A stretch of 64,000 nucleotides of DNA from Lama guanicoe (Eukaryota), in the NCBI GenBank assembly GCA_013239625.1, contig MU053376.1, forward strand, positions 210,833 through 274,832. Direction: 5' to 3'. Both the position numbers and the translations under genes were made by a program. Shown in pieces: positions 47,625 to 59,581 of the stretch (the first letter of the stretch is position 1; every line of letters begins with the position of its first letter). The notes under the pieces were generated by a model. That model saw nothing but the letters and a program-made list of their open reading frames with translations. It ran no database searches and was not told where the DNA came from.

Positions 47625-47755
47625 TTTCTGGGCCTCAGTTTCCTCATTTGTACCATGGAGTAATACCAGAATTGCTGGGAAGATTAAAGAAGATCACATA
47701 TTTAAAGCACCTAGAAGCATGCTTGGCACATAATAGTTGCTCAGTAAGTGGCGTT
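47625..47755 (+). mobile_element. MIR SINE
   Basis: tctgggcctcagtttcctcatttgtaccatggagtaatacc...aaagcacctaga...ggcacataatagttgctcagtaa. Confidence 0.75.
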
Positions 47756-47814
47756 ATAATCATTAATAAGATAAAGGAATAAAATAAAACAAGGAGCCCA
47801 GTATCCCATATCTG

Positions 47815-47975
47815 TACCATCCAATTTAGTAGCCACTAGACCTATATGGCCATTTACATTTTAATTAATTAAAATTAAATAAGATGAACATTTCAGCTCC
47901 TCAGTCATGCTAGGCACATTTGCTGTGGCTCAACAGCCACCCTGGCTAGTGGATACCGTACTGGACAAGACAGCT
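47815..47975. mobile_element. MER3/MER33-like hAT-Charlie element
   Basis: gtagccactagac...aattaaaattaaataa...cagctcctcagtc...ctcaacagccac...gctagtggataccgtactggaca. Confidence 0.7.
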
Positions 47976-48191
47976 GAAGCTCGTTCCACCGCGGTTCCAT
48001 CAGGCAGCGCTGGGCAAGATGCCCCCTCAGCCACCTTCTAGTTCTAATATTTTTGGATTCTGTGAAACACTTAACTCCAAGCCAGTTTCTTCTTCCACCA
48101 GCTAATACGTGCTCAGTGTCCTCAGGGAATGCACGTTCTCCTAGAAATCTGCTACCAACAACAATAACAAAAAGTTAAAAATCTAAAATCA

Positions 48192-48343
48192 GGGAGGGAA
48201 TAGCTCAGTGGTAGAGTGTGTGCTTAGCATGCCAGAGGTCCTGGGTTCAATCCCAAGTACTTCTATTTAAATAAATAAATGAACAAACAAACAAACAAAC
48301 CTAATTACTTCTGCCCCCCCCAAGAAACTAATTAAAAAATAAA
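48192..48343 (+). mobile_element. tRNA-derived SINE (camelid Vic-1-like)
   Basis: GGGAGGGAATAGCTCAGTGGTAGAGTGTGTGCTTAGCATGCCAGAGGTCCTGGGTTCAATCCC has A- and B-boxes, followed by an (AAAT)/(AAAC) region, CCTAATTAC and an A-rich tail. Confidence 0.88.
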
Positions 48344-49260
48344 TACAATCAAACAATACATTCCAAAGTCCAATCAAAATTAATTTGGATAATCCATCAT
48401 TTTAAAATATATGCATTAAGACTCCCCTCCAGGATTTGAAAATATTGTTACTAACAACCCTATTGGGGTCAGACCCTGGGGGAGGCACTTGGGAAAAGTT
48501 ACAGAGTGATTTGAAGGAGGCTGAAAAGGGGGAAAGACCATGGAAACTGTTTCTCCCTCCTGCCTCCTTTTCCTTCTCAGATCGGCCAACTTCAGGTGTG
48601 GCTGGAGGGAGGAAGGGGAGAGAGGTCATCTGCCTGGTCTGCAGGGTCCTTTGGTCCAGAGCCGGAGGAGCCAGCACAGAGAGGGAAGAGACGGAGGAGC
48701 TGCCACCGAGGACTGCAGGCTCGTGAGTCTTCCTTCCCTTGCACCTCCCCTGTCCCCACACAGGCTCCCACCCAGCCTGGAGTCTGTGGTAATCACAGAG
48801 ATACAGTCTCGTCCTAAACAAAAAGCATATGAAGCAGGTGCCGGAGTGTGTCCACTGATAACCGTGGCTTAGAGAGGGGCGGGAAGGAGACCTCAGAGGA
48901 ACAGAAGAGGCGATCCCAGCCCTAGACCCTGCCTGGGGCTCAGATAAGAGAAGGAGGGGCCTGGGACGAAAGGGCAAGGGGGAGGAGGGGGTGAGCGGGT
49001 AAGGGACACCACTGGCCCCTCTCCCTCCCCCTGCCACGCAGTAGCCATGAAGGAAGACCAGGCAGGGCCGCTGTGACAAGGAGGAACGGAAGCTTTGAGA
49101 GGAGAGCTGAGAGGAAGAAAGGGAAAGGGATGCCATGCTGGTTCCAGCCAGGACAGAGCCAGTCATGGTAAGTGACACCTGAGTAACAGGTGAGTCTGCC
49201 TGCGCCTTCTGGAGCCCATGAACACCATCCTGCTGCTGCAGCTTGTGGCTGGCCTGGGGA

Positions 49261-49387
49261 CAGCGCTGGCTGTAAAATTTGCAGGGGCCGGTGCAAAATA
49301 AAAACGCAGGGCCCCTTGTTCAAAAATTAAGCAGTTCAGTATGGCGACGGGAGAGCATTAAACCGAGCCCTCCTGAGGATGCAGGGC
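49261..49387 (-). mobile_element. MER45A-like hAT-Tip100 element
   Basis: aatttgcaggggccggtgcaaaataaaaacgcagggccccttgttcaaaaatt...gagcattaaacc matches the reverse complement of MER45A as I recall it. Confidence 0.7.
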
Positions 49388-49907
49388 AGCTGCGCGGGCT
49401 TCCCTCCCAGTTCCCCTGTGCTGCTTCTCCCAGGAGCGTGAGGACGGAGGCCAGTCACTTCTGTGCTGTCTCCTCATACAAGGTGGAACACGAAAAGCGG
49501 CCCTGCGCCTCTCCCAGGCTCCACTTCCCCCTCTCCCTTGGCTCATGTGCCCAGAAACGTGGCTGCTTCTGCTCCTGCCCTGCTGGGGCCAGTGGCTGGC
49601 ACCTCCCCCTTATCGCGCCTGGTTTCCGTTGGCCTGTGGGCAGCTTAGCGGGAGGAAGAACCACAGCCCAAAGCCACGGGGGTGGGTCGGCCTTATCTCC
49701 CAAACCTGCCTTCAAGACTGGCACGGGAAGCACTGGGTTCCTACCCGACGGGCCCCTCCAGGGCCGCCTAACATTACCATTATGTCATTGAACTTTTCCT
49801 CCCAAGAAGGAGGCAGGGGGACAAAAGGGCTCCCAGCTAGGAGGGGGTAAAGTCAACATTTCTGCTTTGGAAGACAAATCAGGCTTTCATTTTTTTGTGC
49901 ACGCATG

Positions 49908-49910
<3 letters not shown>

Positions 49911-49946
<36 letters not shown>
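49911..49946. repeat. (AC)18 microsatellite
   Basis: Perfect dinucleotide run. Confidence 0.97.
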
Positions 49947-49948
<2 letters not shown>

Positions 49949-50719
49949 AGCTGAGAAAAGTCCATCTTATTCACCTCCTCCAACAAAGCCAAGAAACTCT
50001 TGTCCACCCGCCCTGCGCGAGTCTGATCTGTCATGAGAAAGTGCCCGGGTCCAAGAGCACAGATGCTCAGAGGGAATGAGGGTCCTGAACAGGCAGTTGA
50101 AGGAAAGGGGACAACAGACATCTAACTGGTTCTCTCTCTTCCTGGATTTGTTTTGCTCCCAAATAACAAACTTTGTCTTCTAATGAGTTGAGTCCCCTGC
50201 CAACTGTCTGCTCCACCCCCGCCCCTTGCCCCCCAACCTCTCCACACCTGACTTTAAGTAAAGAGGATGAAAGGCAGGACACAGCCCCCGGTCCCCTGTG
50301 GCTGTGCGCTCTCTGCCTTCCTGGGGCCGTCCCAGGAAATCGCTATGAAGAGGCCGATGGCGCTTCTGCCCAGAGCGCCCGAGCCCTCTCCGGAGACAAT
50401 GGCTCCGGGAGGGACAGGAGCAGGCCTCCAGCTTTGTGTGCGGGGTGGCCTCACAGAACCATTGTCTCCGCATCAGGGCAGACAATGGTTTGTATTTCCG
50501 GCTTCTGTGCCAAGTAGTTCACCCCTTTGGACTAAGACGATCCTGAAGATTCCCTTCTAATAAATAGGAGTGGTACGGAAATCTGGCCCCAAGCTGAGAA
50601 TCTGTGCCCTGCTGTAACAAAAGCACACCCCAGCTGATGAGCGGGAGTGTCTGTGTCCCCTTACCTGTTCCAGAGCCCCCCCAGGCACACACACAGCGGA
50701 CAGGGAACCACTCACTCAC

Positions 50720-51120
50720 CGCTCTTCTCTGCGGTCTCCTCTGCTCTTGCCTTCACTCCCTTCACACTCAGCAACAGGGAAAAGGTTTTCCTTTAACACT
50801 CACCAGGTCCCTGGTGGGTAGCAATCATTAACAGCCACACGTGCTGACTGGCCTTAACCCCCTTGTGCTGGCTGCCTCCAGCTGGCTGGCTGCTGGACAG
50901 CCCTGTCGCCTCTTCCCAGCCCTGGGAAAGCAGCAACTCCCACCTTGATGCCATCCACCTGAGTAATGCCGCTGCCGCCCATGTGGGAACAGGAGCCCGC
51001 TAGTCCCACCCAGGCCGCCCCGCCTGATTGGAGCACACTGGCAACCTGAGGCGCCCGGCTCTGGCACAGGGCCCAATTGGATGAGCCCACATTATGAAAT
51101 ATTTGCCTAGCAGGCCAATA
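50720..51120 (-). promoter_or_regulatory. Candidate alternative promoter and non-coding first exon
   Basis: Donor CG|gtgagt at 50719; HNF1-like GTTAATGATTGC (50821-50832); E-box CACGTG (50838-43); GC box (51015-21); CCAAT motifs at 51027-31, 51073-80 and 51115-19. Confidence 0.45.
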
Positions 51121-52477
51121 GAGGAGCCGGGATCTGGGGGAGGGGAAGATATTTTTATTTATTCCTGGAGGAGGGAGAACAGACAAAGGTAGTCGTAGCA
51201 TCCCTAGCCCTGGGCCGGGAGCAGCGGGAAGGCGGGTCTTCAGGTCAGTGGAAGCGCCTCGAGCCTCTCCGTCCAGGTACAGAGCGCAATCCTAGAAGGC
51301 TTCTGTGCAACTTCAGCTCCCGGCTGTTTAGCTAGAGGGTTTCTTTGCCTCAATAATTCCCTGACTCACCCAGGAGTTTGGAGCTAGGACTTGTAATAGA
51401 AACGAAGAAGGAAAACCCCTTGACAGGCAAAGGATCGCTCGTGTCAGCACAAACTGTGGCACTGGGGGTCTTCCTTCTAGTTCAAAGTGGCACAACTCAT
51501 TTTTGCATCTTTGGAGGATGCAGATGCCAAAGTGGGCAGGAACCAATAGAGACAAATCACCTCTTTATCCGTGTAAAAATAGGCAGCCGATTCTGGGAAA
51601 TCTAAATCCATCATAAAAGTATCTCCATGTAGGACACATGCAAATCTATGCAGATATGTGCAAATGAGCAGCTCCAGGCTTCTCAGAGCAAATCCCTGCC
51701 AGGAATTTTCTAGTTTGAGCAAGAAATCAGGTAGCCTCCAAACCCTCTCACAGAGCATCTCTGCGTCTCACTAAAGCATAAAGATGTCAGGAGAGGGAAC
51801 ATACAGAGCCAATAAACATATTTATGGTACATTTACTATACATAAAACCTTGAAGTGCAGTCTAGCAGGGTTTAAAAACCACGATCGTAAACATGATGGG
51901 ATACACAGGAGAACGCAAGTGCCCTCTCTCTCCACACCCACAGTCAATGCCCTCTTCTCCTTTTAGGCTCCAGTGGGTGGTCTGGCTGCTCCATTCTCGC
52001 CAGCCTGGGTCCAGTAGCTGCACCTTCTCTCATCACCCCTGGTTCCTGTTTGTCTGTCAGTGGTCCAGTTACTGTGGCTCAAGACCCTGGCTTAAAACAG
52101 CCCGGGGTTGGGGGAGGGCTGCTTATCTTATCTCCTGGGCTGCCTTCCCAGCAGCCCGGATGGCTGGTTGGCCCTGGTCTCTTAAAGGGGCTGCACTGCA
52201 TTCCCACCTGCTCCATTCATCCTCAAGAGTACCCCAGAAATCTAGGGGTGCGCTGCCTATGGAGGGTCAGGTTCACCATACCACTTCCTCCTCTCACGCC
52301 CTTTACAGCCCCAGCCGGCTGCAGGGCTGCTACAGAATGATTTATTATAAACAATTAAAGCGAGGAACCTGCTGCTGGAACCTGCTGTTTTAAATGTTCA
52401 TCGTATCATGCAAACGCCTGCACCTTAGTATTTCCAGGTTCCTGCTCTGTGAGCTTTAAAAGTTGTGGGAGGGGCTT

Positions 52478-54279
52478 AGGATACAAAGCCAACATAGAAA
52501 AATCAGTTGTATATATACTAACAGCAAACAATGAAAGATTGAAATTTTAAAACCCCTGCTTACAATAGGCTAAGAAAACATGAAATATTTAGGAATAAAT
52601 CTGACAAAAGATGTGCCAGACCTATACACTGAAAACTATAAAACACTGCTGAGAGAAAATAAGTAAAATCTAAATAAAAGGAGATACACTGTTTGCATGG
52701 CAAAGAAAACTCAGTATTGTTAAGATATCAATTCTCCCCTATTTTTCTATAGATTTAACACAATCCCAATAGTTTCTTTGTAAAAGCTGACAAACTGATT
52801 CTGAAATTCATATAGAAATTAAAAGAACCTATAATAGCACAAAAAATTCAAGAAGAAGAATAAAGTTAGAAGCCTTAGACTACCTGACTTCAGGACTATA
52901 AATCTACAATAATCAAGGCAATGTGGTGTTGAAATTAAGATATATGTACAGAAAAATGGTGCAGAAGTCAGAGTCTACGAATAATAAACCCATGCAGATA
53001 TGGTCAGCTGCTTTTCCACAAAGATATAAAGGCAATTCAGCCTTTTCAGTACATGGTACGAGAAAAACTATAGATCCACATACCAAAAACAAAACAGAAC
53101 CCTTGACCCTACCGTTAAAACGTTACCTAAAATGTAAGAGCTAAAACTATAAGATTTCTAGAAGAAAACATAGGGGGAAAATCTTAGTGATTTCTGCTTT
53201 GGCAAATTTCTTAAATAAGACACAAAACCCACCAACTTTAAACAAAATATCAATAAACTGAAATTCACTGAAATTAAAAAAAAATGTTGCTCTTCAAAAG
53301 ATGCTGTTACAAAAATGAAAAGATCCGCCATAAACTGAGGGAAAATATTTGCAAAACAGGTAGGTGACATAAGATGTTTGTCTGGAATATAGAAAGAACT
53401 CTTAAAATTAAATATTAAGATGGTAAACAATACAAATTTTAAAAAACGTGGGCAAAAGATTTAAACAGACACTCCACCAAAGAGGATATATGATGTCAAA
53501 TAAAGTACATGAAAACATGCTCAGCATTAGTCACTAGGGAAATGCAAATTGAATCCAGAATGGATAACACCATGCATACCCACCAGAATTGCTAAAATTA
53601 AGACTAATCATACTAAATGTTGACCAAAATGTAGATGAACTGGAATTCATACCCTGCTGATGAGACTGTAAGTGGTATGTCCCCTTTGTTTAACTTTTTA
53701 AGAAACTGCCAAACTTTTCCATACAGTTTAACGTACAACCCATTGATTCTTAGGTATTTACTTGAAAGAAATGAAAGAACATGTCCACTCAAAGACAGGT
53801 ACACAAATGTTTGTAGCAGCTTGTTTATAAGATCTGCAAACTGCAAAAAACCCAAATGTCCATGAGCAGGTGAATACCATTTGTGTTGCATTCACGCAAT
53901 GCAGTATGACTCAGCAATAAAAAGAAATGAATCATTGATATACATTACGACTTGGATGCATCTCAAAATAATTGTGTTGAGTGAAAGAAGCCAGACTCCC
54001 TCCCACACAAATAAAAAATGTAGACTGTATGATTCCATTACACAAAACCCTAACAAAAGTAAACTAATTTACAGTGACAGAAAGCAGATTAGAAGTTGTA
54101 TGGGGATGGGGTAGATGGAAGGATTTCAAAGAGGCAGGAAGAAACTTTGGAGGGTGATGGATATGTGTGCATTATCTTAACTGTAGTTATGGTTTCAAAA
54201 ATACATCAAATTTTACCTTTTAAATATATGCAGTTTATCATAAATCAGTTATACCTCTATAAAGCTATAAAAAAGAAAA
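52478..54279 (+). mobile_element. Old L1M-family LINE fragment (ORF2 3' part and 3' UTR), with an internal 31-bp inversion
   Basis: aaatcagttgtat...ttaggaataaatctgacaaaagatgtgc...gaaaactataaaacactgctgagagaaa...ggcaaaagatttaaacagacac...atacctctataaagctataaaaaa; heavily decayed. Confidence 0.9.
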
Positions 54280-55764
54280 GTCTTCAGTTGAGACATTTAT
54301 AAAAAAACAGACCAACACCCAGTCCTGGGCCTCACCCATTATGTTTTACACAGTGAAGGAATGTAGGCAAATGGGGGTGGGGGTGGGGGAGTAGGTGGGC
54401 ATTCCAGCTTTTCCTAGTGACCTGCTGGTTAAAAACAGGGATCGACTTGGGCCCTGAATCAGCCTGGACTCCTTTCCCAGATTTAGGTCAAATAATGTGG
54501 CAGACTTGAATATGGTCTTTATAAACATAATTATTTGTTTTACGACAGGAGGAAAAATATCAAGTAAACACCTCTATGGTTCACAAAGCCATCATTCTCA
54601 CTTGATTCTTTTATGGTCCTATGAGGTAGGCAGAAAAATATTAACACTCTCATCTTACCAAAGAAAAATCCCTGAGGCTCAAAGAGGTAAAGGCTGACTA
54701 GATAACCCACCTCCTACATGGGCGGCAAGGCTAAACCCAGAGTTTTAACCTCACTCAGCCCGGGCTCTTTCCTGTTAACATGCGATCTGCCCACAGCCTG
54801 GCTGCCGCCCCCGCCTGCCCCTGGCCCTGGCGCCGCTCCCAGAGCGGTGGAACACGGACCAGCATCGTGGTGCTCACCCCGCACTCAGCAGATGTTCTTG
54901 TACAGCGCAAGTGACAGACCCCGAAGGGGTCCCAGGATGGATGAAAACAGGGGCAGATCCAGGGCCAGAATAGGATCAACTAAGGGAAAACATGCTGTGT
55001 CCAGACAGGGGAGACTGGGAGAGATGAGGGGATCTAAGGATCTAATCAGATCACACAACTGATGAGAAAAGACCAGGGAAACCAAACAAACGCCACTCCC
55101 AAGGCAGGAAGTCTGGTGGGTGTGGAAGCAGCTGGAAGCTGTTAGAGGGCTCCAGGCTTCTGTCCCCCTCCCCTCCCTCCTCTTCTGTCCCCCACCCTCC
55201 TTTCTCCTCCGCTCTGGCCAGGGCACAGGAACAGTGGCTGGCTGAGCGCCCCACCTCCCTCTCCCCTTGTTCTGAGAGCGAGATGACAGGAGGGAGGAAA
55301 CCCACCCTGCAGGGGAGGGGACCACGAAACGTTAAGAGGCATCTAAAGACTCAGTGATCAAGATGGGTAATATTCTAATGTAACATATTTTGAAATAAAA
55401 ATTAGTGCAAAAAATCTGCCATGAATGAAATACCATTTTTAAAAAAGACTGGATCAGCATTATTCAATTTCCCTTTTGCCTGAGGCTCCAGCATGGCTTG
55501 GGGTGGCACTGTTACTGATCCTGTTTTTATTAAAAATGTTAATATTTTGTTCTTCATGAAGTTTTTGCAATGATTTTGATTTTTTAAAATACTGCTATTT
55601 ATCTTGATTACTGTGGCGGTTTTTTGGCGCCTTCTTATATTTTATGTCTAAGGAGAGTGCCACACCCACCTCCCCCTCGTCAGCCCTCCTCAGGGATGAG
55701 GCTTTGGGTACTGGGAGGAAGATGGGGAGACTGGACATGGCCCTGCTGGGGGGCCAGAAAACAG

Positions 55765-55975
55765 CAGAAAGCATGAGAAACAAAGAAAGGCTGAGGGATT
55801 ATTCCAGATTAAAGAGGAGTAGAGGAACCGTCCTGGATTAGATTCCAATGACGTTATTAGGGCAACTGGTGAAATTGCACGTGGAGCGTATATTAGATAA
55901 TAGTATCGTGTTTATGTTAAGTTTCCTGAATTTGTTAATTGTACTGTGTTTATGCAAGAGAATATCCTTTTTTTA
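55765..55975 (+). mobile_element. Ancient L1MC-like 3' UTR fragment
   Basis: aaaggctgaggga...ccagattaaagag...tcctggatt...tattagataatagtat...ttaagtttcctgaattt...tatgcaagagaatatcctt. Confidence 0.6.
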
Positions 55976-56552
55976 AAAAAGAAAAAAAATTAATGAAGTT
56001 ATGAGGGCCAGAGGGTGACAGCTGCCTGAGAGCTATGTCAAACCAAACGCCCCTCTCTCTCCAGCCTTTCTTGCCTCCAACTTCACCCAGTCCCAAGAGG
56101 GACCAGCAGGACATGGTGATGGCAGGAAGTCTTGTCTGGAAGACTGAGTATTGGAGGACTGGTTGGACATTTTCTTCCCAAAACAAGAATTAACCTTGAA
56201 TTCCCTCACCCTCCCCAGGAAGACTTGACAATTGGCACAGGAAAGAAAGGAAATTAACATCTCTACTCAAGCCATGACCCTCGCAAACTCTCTGCTTAAC
56301 CTCCTGAGCTAGGTGCTGCTGCTCTGCACCCACGGAGGAGGAACCTGAGAGGTCAGGTAGGCAGCCCAAAGCTACACAGTTAGGAGGTAGGGAAACTGGG
56401 ATCAGAGCCCAGGACACAGCCCAAAGCCAGCTCTCTTCCCACTTCATGTTCGTTGTGCAACTTGAAATTCCCTTCTCATACATCCTCCTACAAGCTAATC
56501 CTTTAGTTTGTTTTTTGCTGGGTTGAATCTGCATTGGCCCTGAGACTTTTTG

Positions 56553-56785
56553 GCTCTAGAGTCAGACCGCCCCGGTTCCGATCCTGACTCCACCAGTTAC
56601 TACGTAAGGGGCTTTCAGTGAGCAACTCAGCCTCTTGGCGCTTTCATTCACCCATCTGCAAACAGGGGTAATATAAACACCGACCTCATGGGTTTGTCAA
56701 AGGATTAAATGAAATTACACAAGCAGAGAATTTAAGAGAGATCCTGGCACCTAGCAACATTCAATAAATGCCGGTAATCATTATC
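56553..56785 (+). mobile_element. MIR SINE
   Basis: gctctagagtcagacc...atcctgactccacca...catctgcaaacaggggtaat...aggattaaatgaa...ctggcacctag...tcaataaatg. Confidence 0.8.
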
Positions 56786-59176
56786 CGTCTGCCTCTGCCT
56801 CAGACTGGACGGCTCACTCCCAGGAAGCAATGGCCTAATTTTGACCATAAAACCCCTCAGCACTTTGACACATGAAGATGGATGCTTAATAATTGGTCCT
56901 CAAGAAGTTATCCATCAAGACGGCACTTAGATGTTCCCAAGTCCAGCCTGTAATGCCTTTAGGCCACCACCCACCTCAGCTCAAGTGATCATCTGAGGCA
57001 GACCCCTACTCTTAGGAGCCAGATCAATCAACACCTGAGAATCTCAGATAAGAGGGTGGTCTGCCCCATCATACTCTGAAAAAGGAGGGGGATTTTTTTT
57101 TTCTGTGTCACACCACACTTCGGAAGTTAAAAAGCAAGTCGATTCCAGGGGCTACATCCCTGGGCAGAAGGAGTTGGCTGAGAAGACTCCAGTTCTAGTG
57201 CTGGCCCTGGACCAGTCCAGCTGTGTAACGCGGACAAGGGCTCGCGCCTGGGGGCCCACTCGACGTGAGACAGAGGATCACCTTGCTCATAGAGTAAACG
57301 AGAGTCCTGAGCGTTTCAGTTTCTTCGAGAAAGCCCCTCTCTAAGGCTAATTTTCCCTCTGGAGGCCTCTCCCTATTTTAGGATTTTGGTCCAGCTGGGC
57401 AGGACTCACAGCATAAGAAGGAAAACAAACCAACAGATGATCCATCTAGGGGGCTGAGGAGGGACAGGTCAAGGGCAGGGTGCCCAAAAGGCATGCAGCG
57501 GTCAGATTTCGCCAAGATGGTCCTTCTGTGACAAAGCCAGAGCTGGAGCAGGGCAATTTTCTAACTATAAACGGAAACTCAAGAAGCCCCAAACCACACA
57601 CAGGCATGTGTGAGGATGAGGGTGAAGCACGGAGGACACCGGCGGAGCGTGTGTAGAAGGAAGGGCTGGTGAAGTGGCAGCAAGGGAAGGAAGCGGGGAG
57701 CAGATGCTGGTGTGCGAGGATGCTGGTGGGGGAGACTGAAGCTAAGCTGCATCGCCTCCGAGTAAACTTGCCCCCATGGCTGTCCGTCTGTCTGGACGAT
57801 GGCACAGCTCACCAAGCTGTGTTTGTCTGAGCCTCCTGGCCCCTGCCTCGGCACTGTTTCTCTTTCCCTTCACACAGCGCTTTGCCTGATCTGATTTTTT
57901 TTTTTTCTTTCATGGCAGAGAGCACTAGAACAGAGCCCCCACACCCTGGAATTAAATTCCACCCCACCTCAGTGCAGTGGGTATTTGGAATCTGTGCCAC
58001 TCCCCAAACCCCCTCCAATGTACTACACCATCACCATTGTCAGCGTCCCTCCCCACCCCATGTGCTTCGCTATGGGTAGCCCCACCTTCCCCAAAGGGCA
58101 AGGCAGGGGCCCTCCAGGCTGCCAAGAGGGGTGAAACCGCAGCTCCCCCCGCCGCCTGGCCCCTGCATTCCAGCCCTGCGCCCAGAGTTTGACCTTCTCT
58201 GCGGCTGCTGCAGACGTATTCTGTGTTACAGAAATAGCTCAGCTCCTGGGCCCCTGTGGGCCCTCCCTCTCCTTCAGCCAGAGACACCCCCACTCACAGG
58301 CTCCAGGGGAGTCAGGCAAGAGCAGAGGGGAGGGCTCAGTTCTCCCCTGCCCTCCCACAAACCCCTCCCGGAGCATAGCCAAGTGCAGCTGCCTCCTCTC
58401 CCCTCCTCCGTCCAGCCCCAGCACTTCTGGCCGCATCTGCCAGTACAGTGGCTGGAGGTGAGAGGTTTGGCAGAGCCAGGGATGAAGGCGGGATCACACC
58501 AAGAAAAGCTTAGACAGCTTGACCCCTCAATGTGTTTCTCTTCTCTTCTCTGGAGTTCACTTGGATGGAGGGCAGCAGCCAGGCAGAAAGGGTTCCAAAT
58601 CCCATATACCCTGGCCCAGAGCCCTGTGTTCTCATGCAAGGGGATGATTTCATAGTCACTGCTCCACCTAACCTAACCAAGATGGCGGGCATTGGTCCTC
58701 CTCACAAGCCCAAGACGGAACGAGGGACAATGACTCAGTGACATTATGAAAGACTGAATTTAGAAACAGTGACAAAAGCTTTTAGATGTGAGGCTTTTAG
58801 ATCTTGACTCCCTACTGTCCAAATGGAACAGTACAATGTTTCATGAAGGACTCTACCAAAAGGATAGGGTGTTACCTCTGGGCAGGGTGGGGGCCCAGAT
58901 GGCCTTCAGGATTCAGGTTCCAAGCCTTTTCTGCCCATGGGGAATGGCGGCGACTCCACAGCCATGCCCTGGCTCCTTCAGGCCTACTGCTGTTCTACCT
59001 ACAAGGCCCGGCCAGCCCCCATGGTCAGGCGGGAACAGAGAAGTCAGGGGTGTGTAAACTCTCCCAGCCAAACTCCTCTAGGCTGGGAGGTGCCAGGAAG
59101 ACGGTTAATGGTGATATAAAGTACACATCCCTTTCTAGGAACTGCCCCCTCCCCCGACTCTGATACTCATATAGTT

Positions 59177-59581
59177 GCAGTGGTCATAGCCATGTTCCTA
59201 AAACCTGACTCTCTTTGTAACAGGTGGCCACCTGATCCCAGATCAGCCAAAACCCCTTTCCAAGGATAGGGACGGGAATCAAGAGAAAAAAGAGATCAGC
59301 CCTTCGCCGGGTGATGTGCACACGAGGGAGCTGCTGGAGACCATCTTTTCTACCCTGTAGACTAACCACAAAGCCAAGAGGCCTCTGCAGCAAGAGAAGA
59401 CTGAAGCCAGTGCACAGAGAGGGGCAAAGCGCAAGAACACACTTGCAGCCTTCAGCTCCTTGGTTCTAGTTTGTTCCTGTGGTCGAGCCATTTCTCTGGC
59501 CCTTACAATAAAATCCCCTTTGGGGCTTAAGCTGCTTTGAGTGGTTCCAGTAACATGCACTCAGAAGTCCTAACTAATACC
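59177..59581 (+). mobile_element. MLT1-type (old MaLR) solo LTR
   Basis: Ends caataaaatcccctttggggcttaagctgctttgagtggttccagtaacatgcactcagaagtcctaactaata, typical of MLT1 3' ends. Confidence 0.65.

Noticed and set aside
48192..48265. tRNA gene
   Set aside because: It has A/B boxes but continues into a SINE body and tail, and the stems are mutated. It is a SINE head.
49165..49195. Two consensus + strand donors (GTAAGT, GTGAGT) suggesting an antisense exon
   Set aside because: No supporting promoter or acceptor identified; such hexamers occur by chance in 64 kb.
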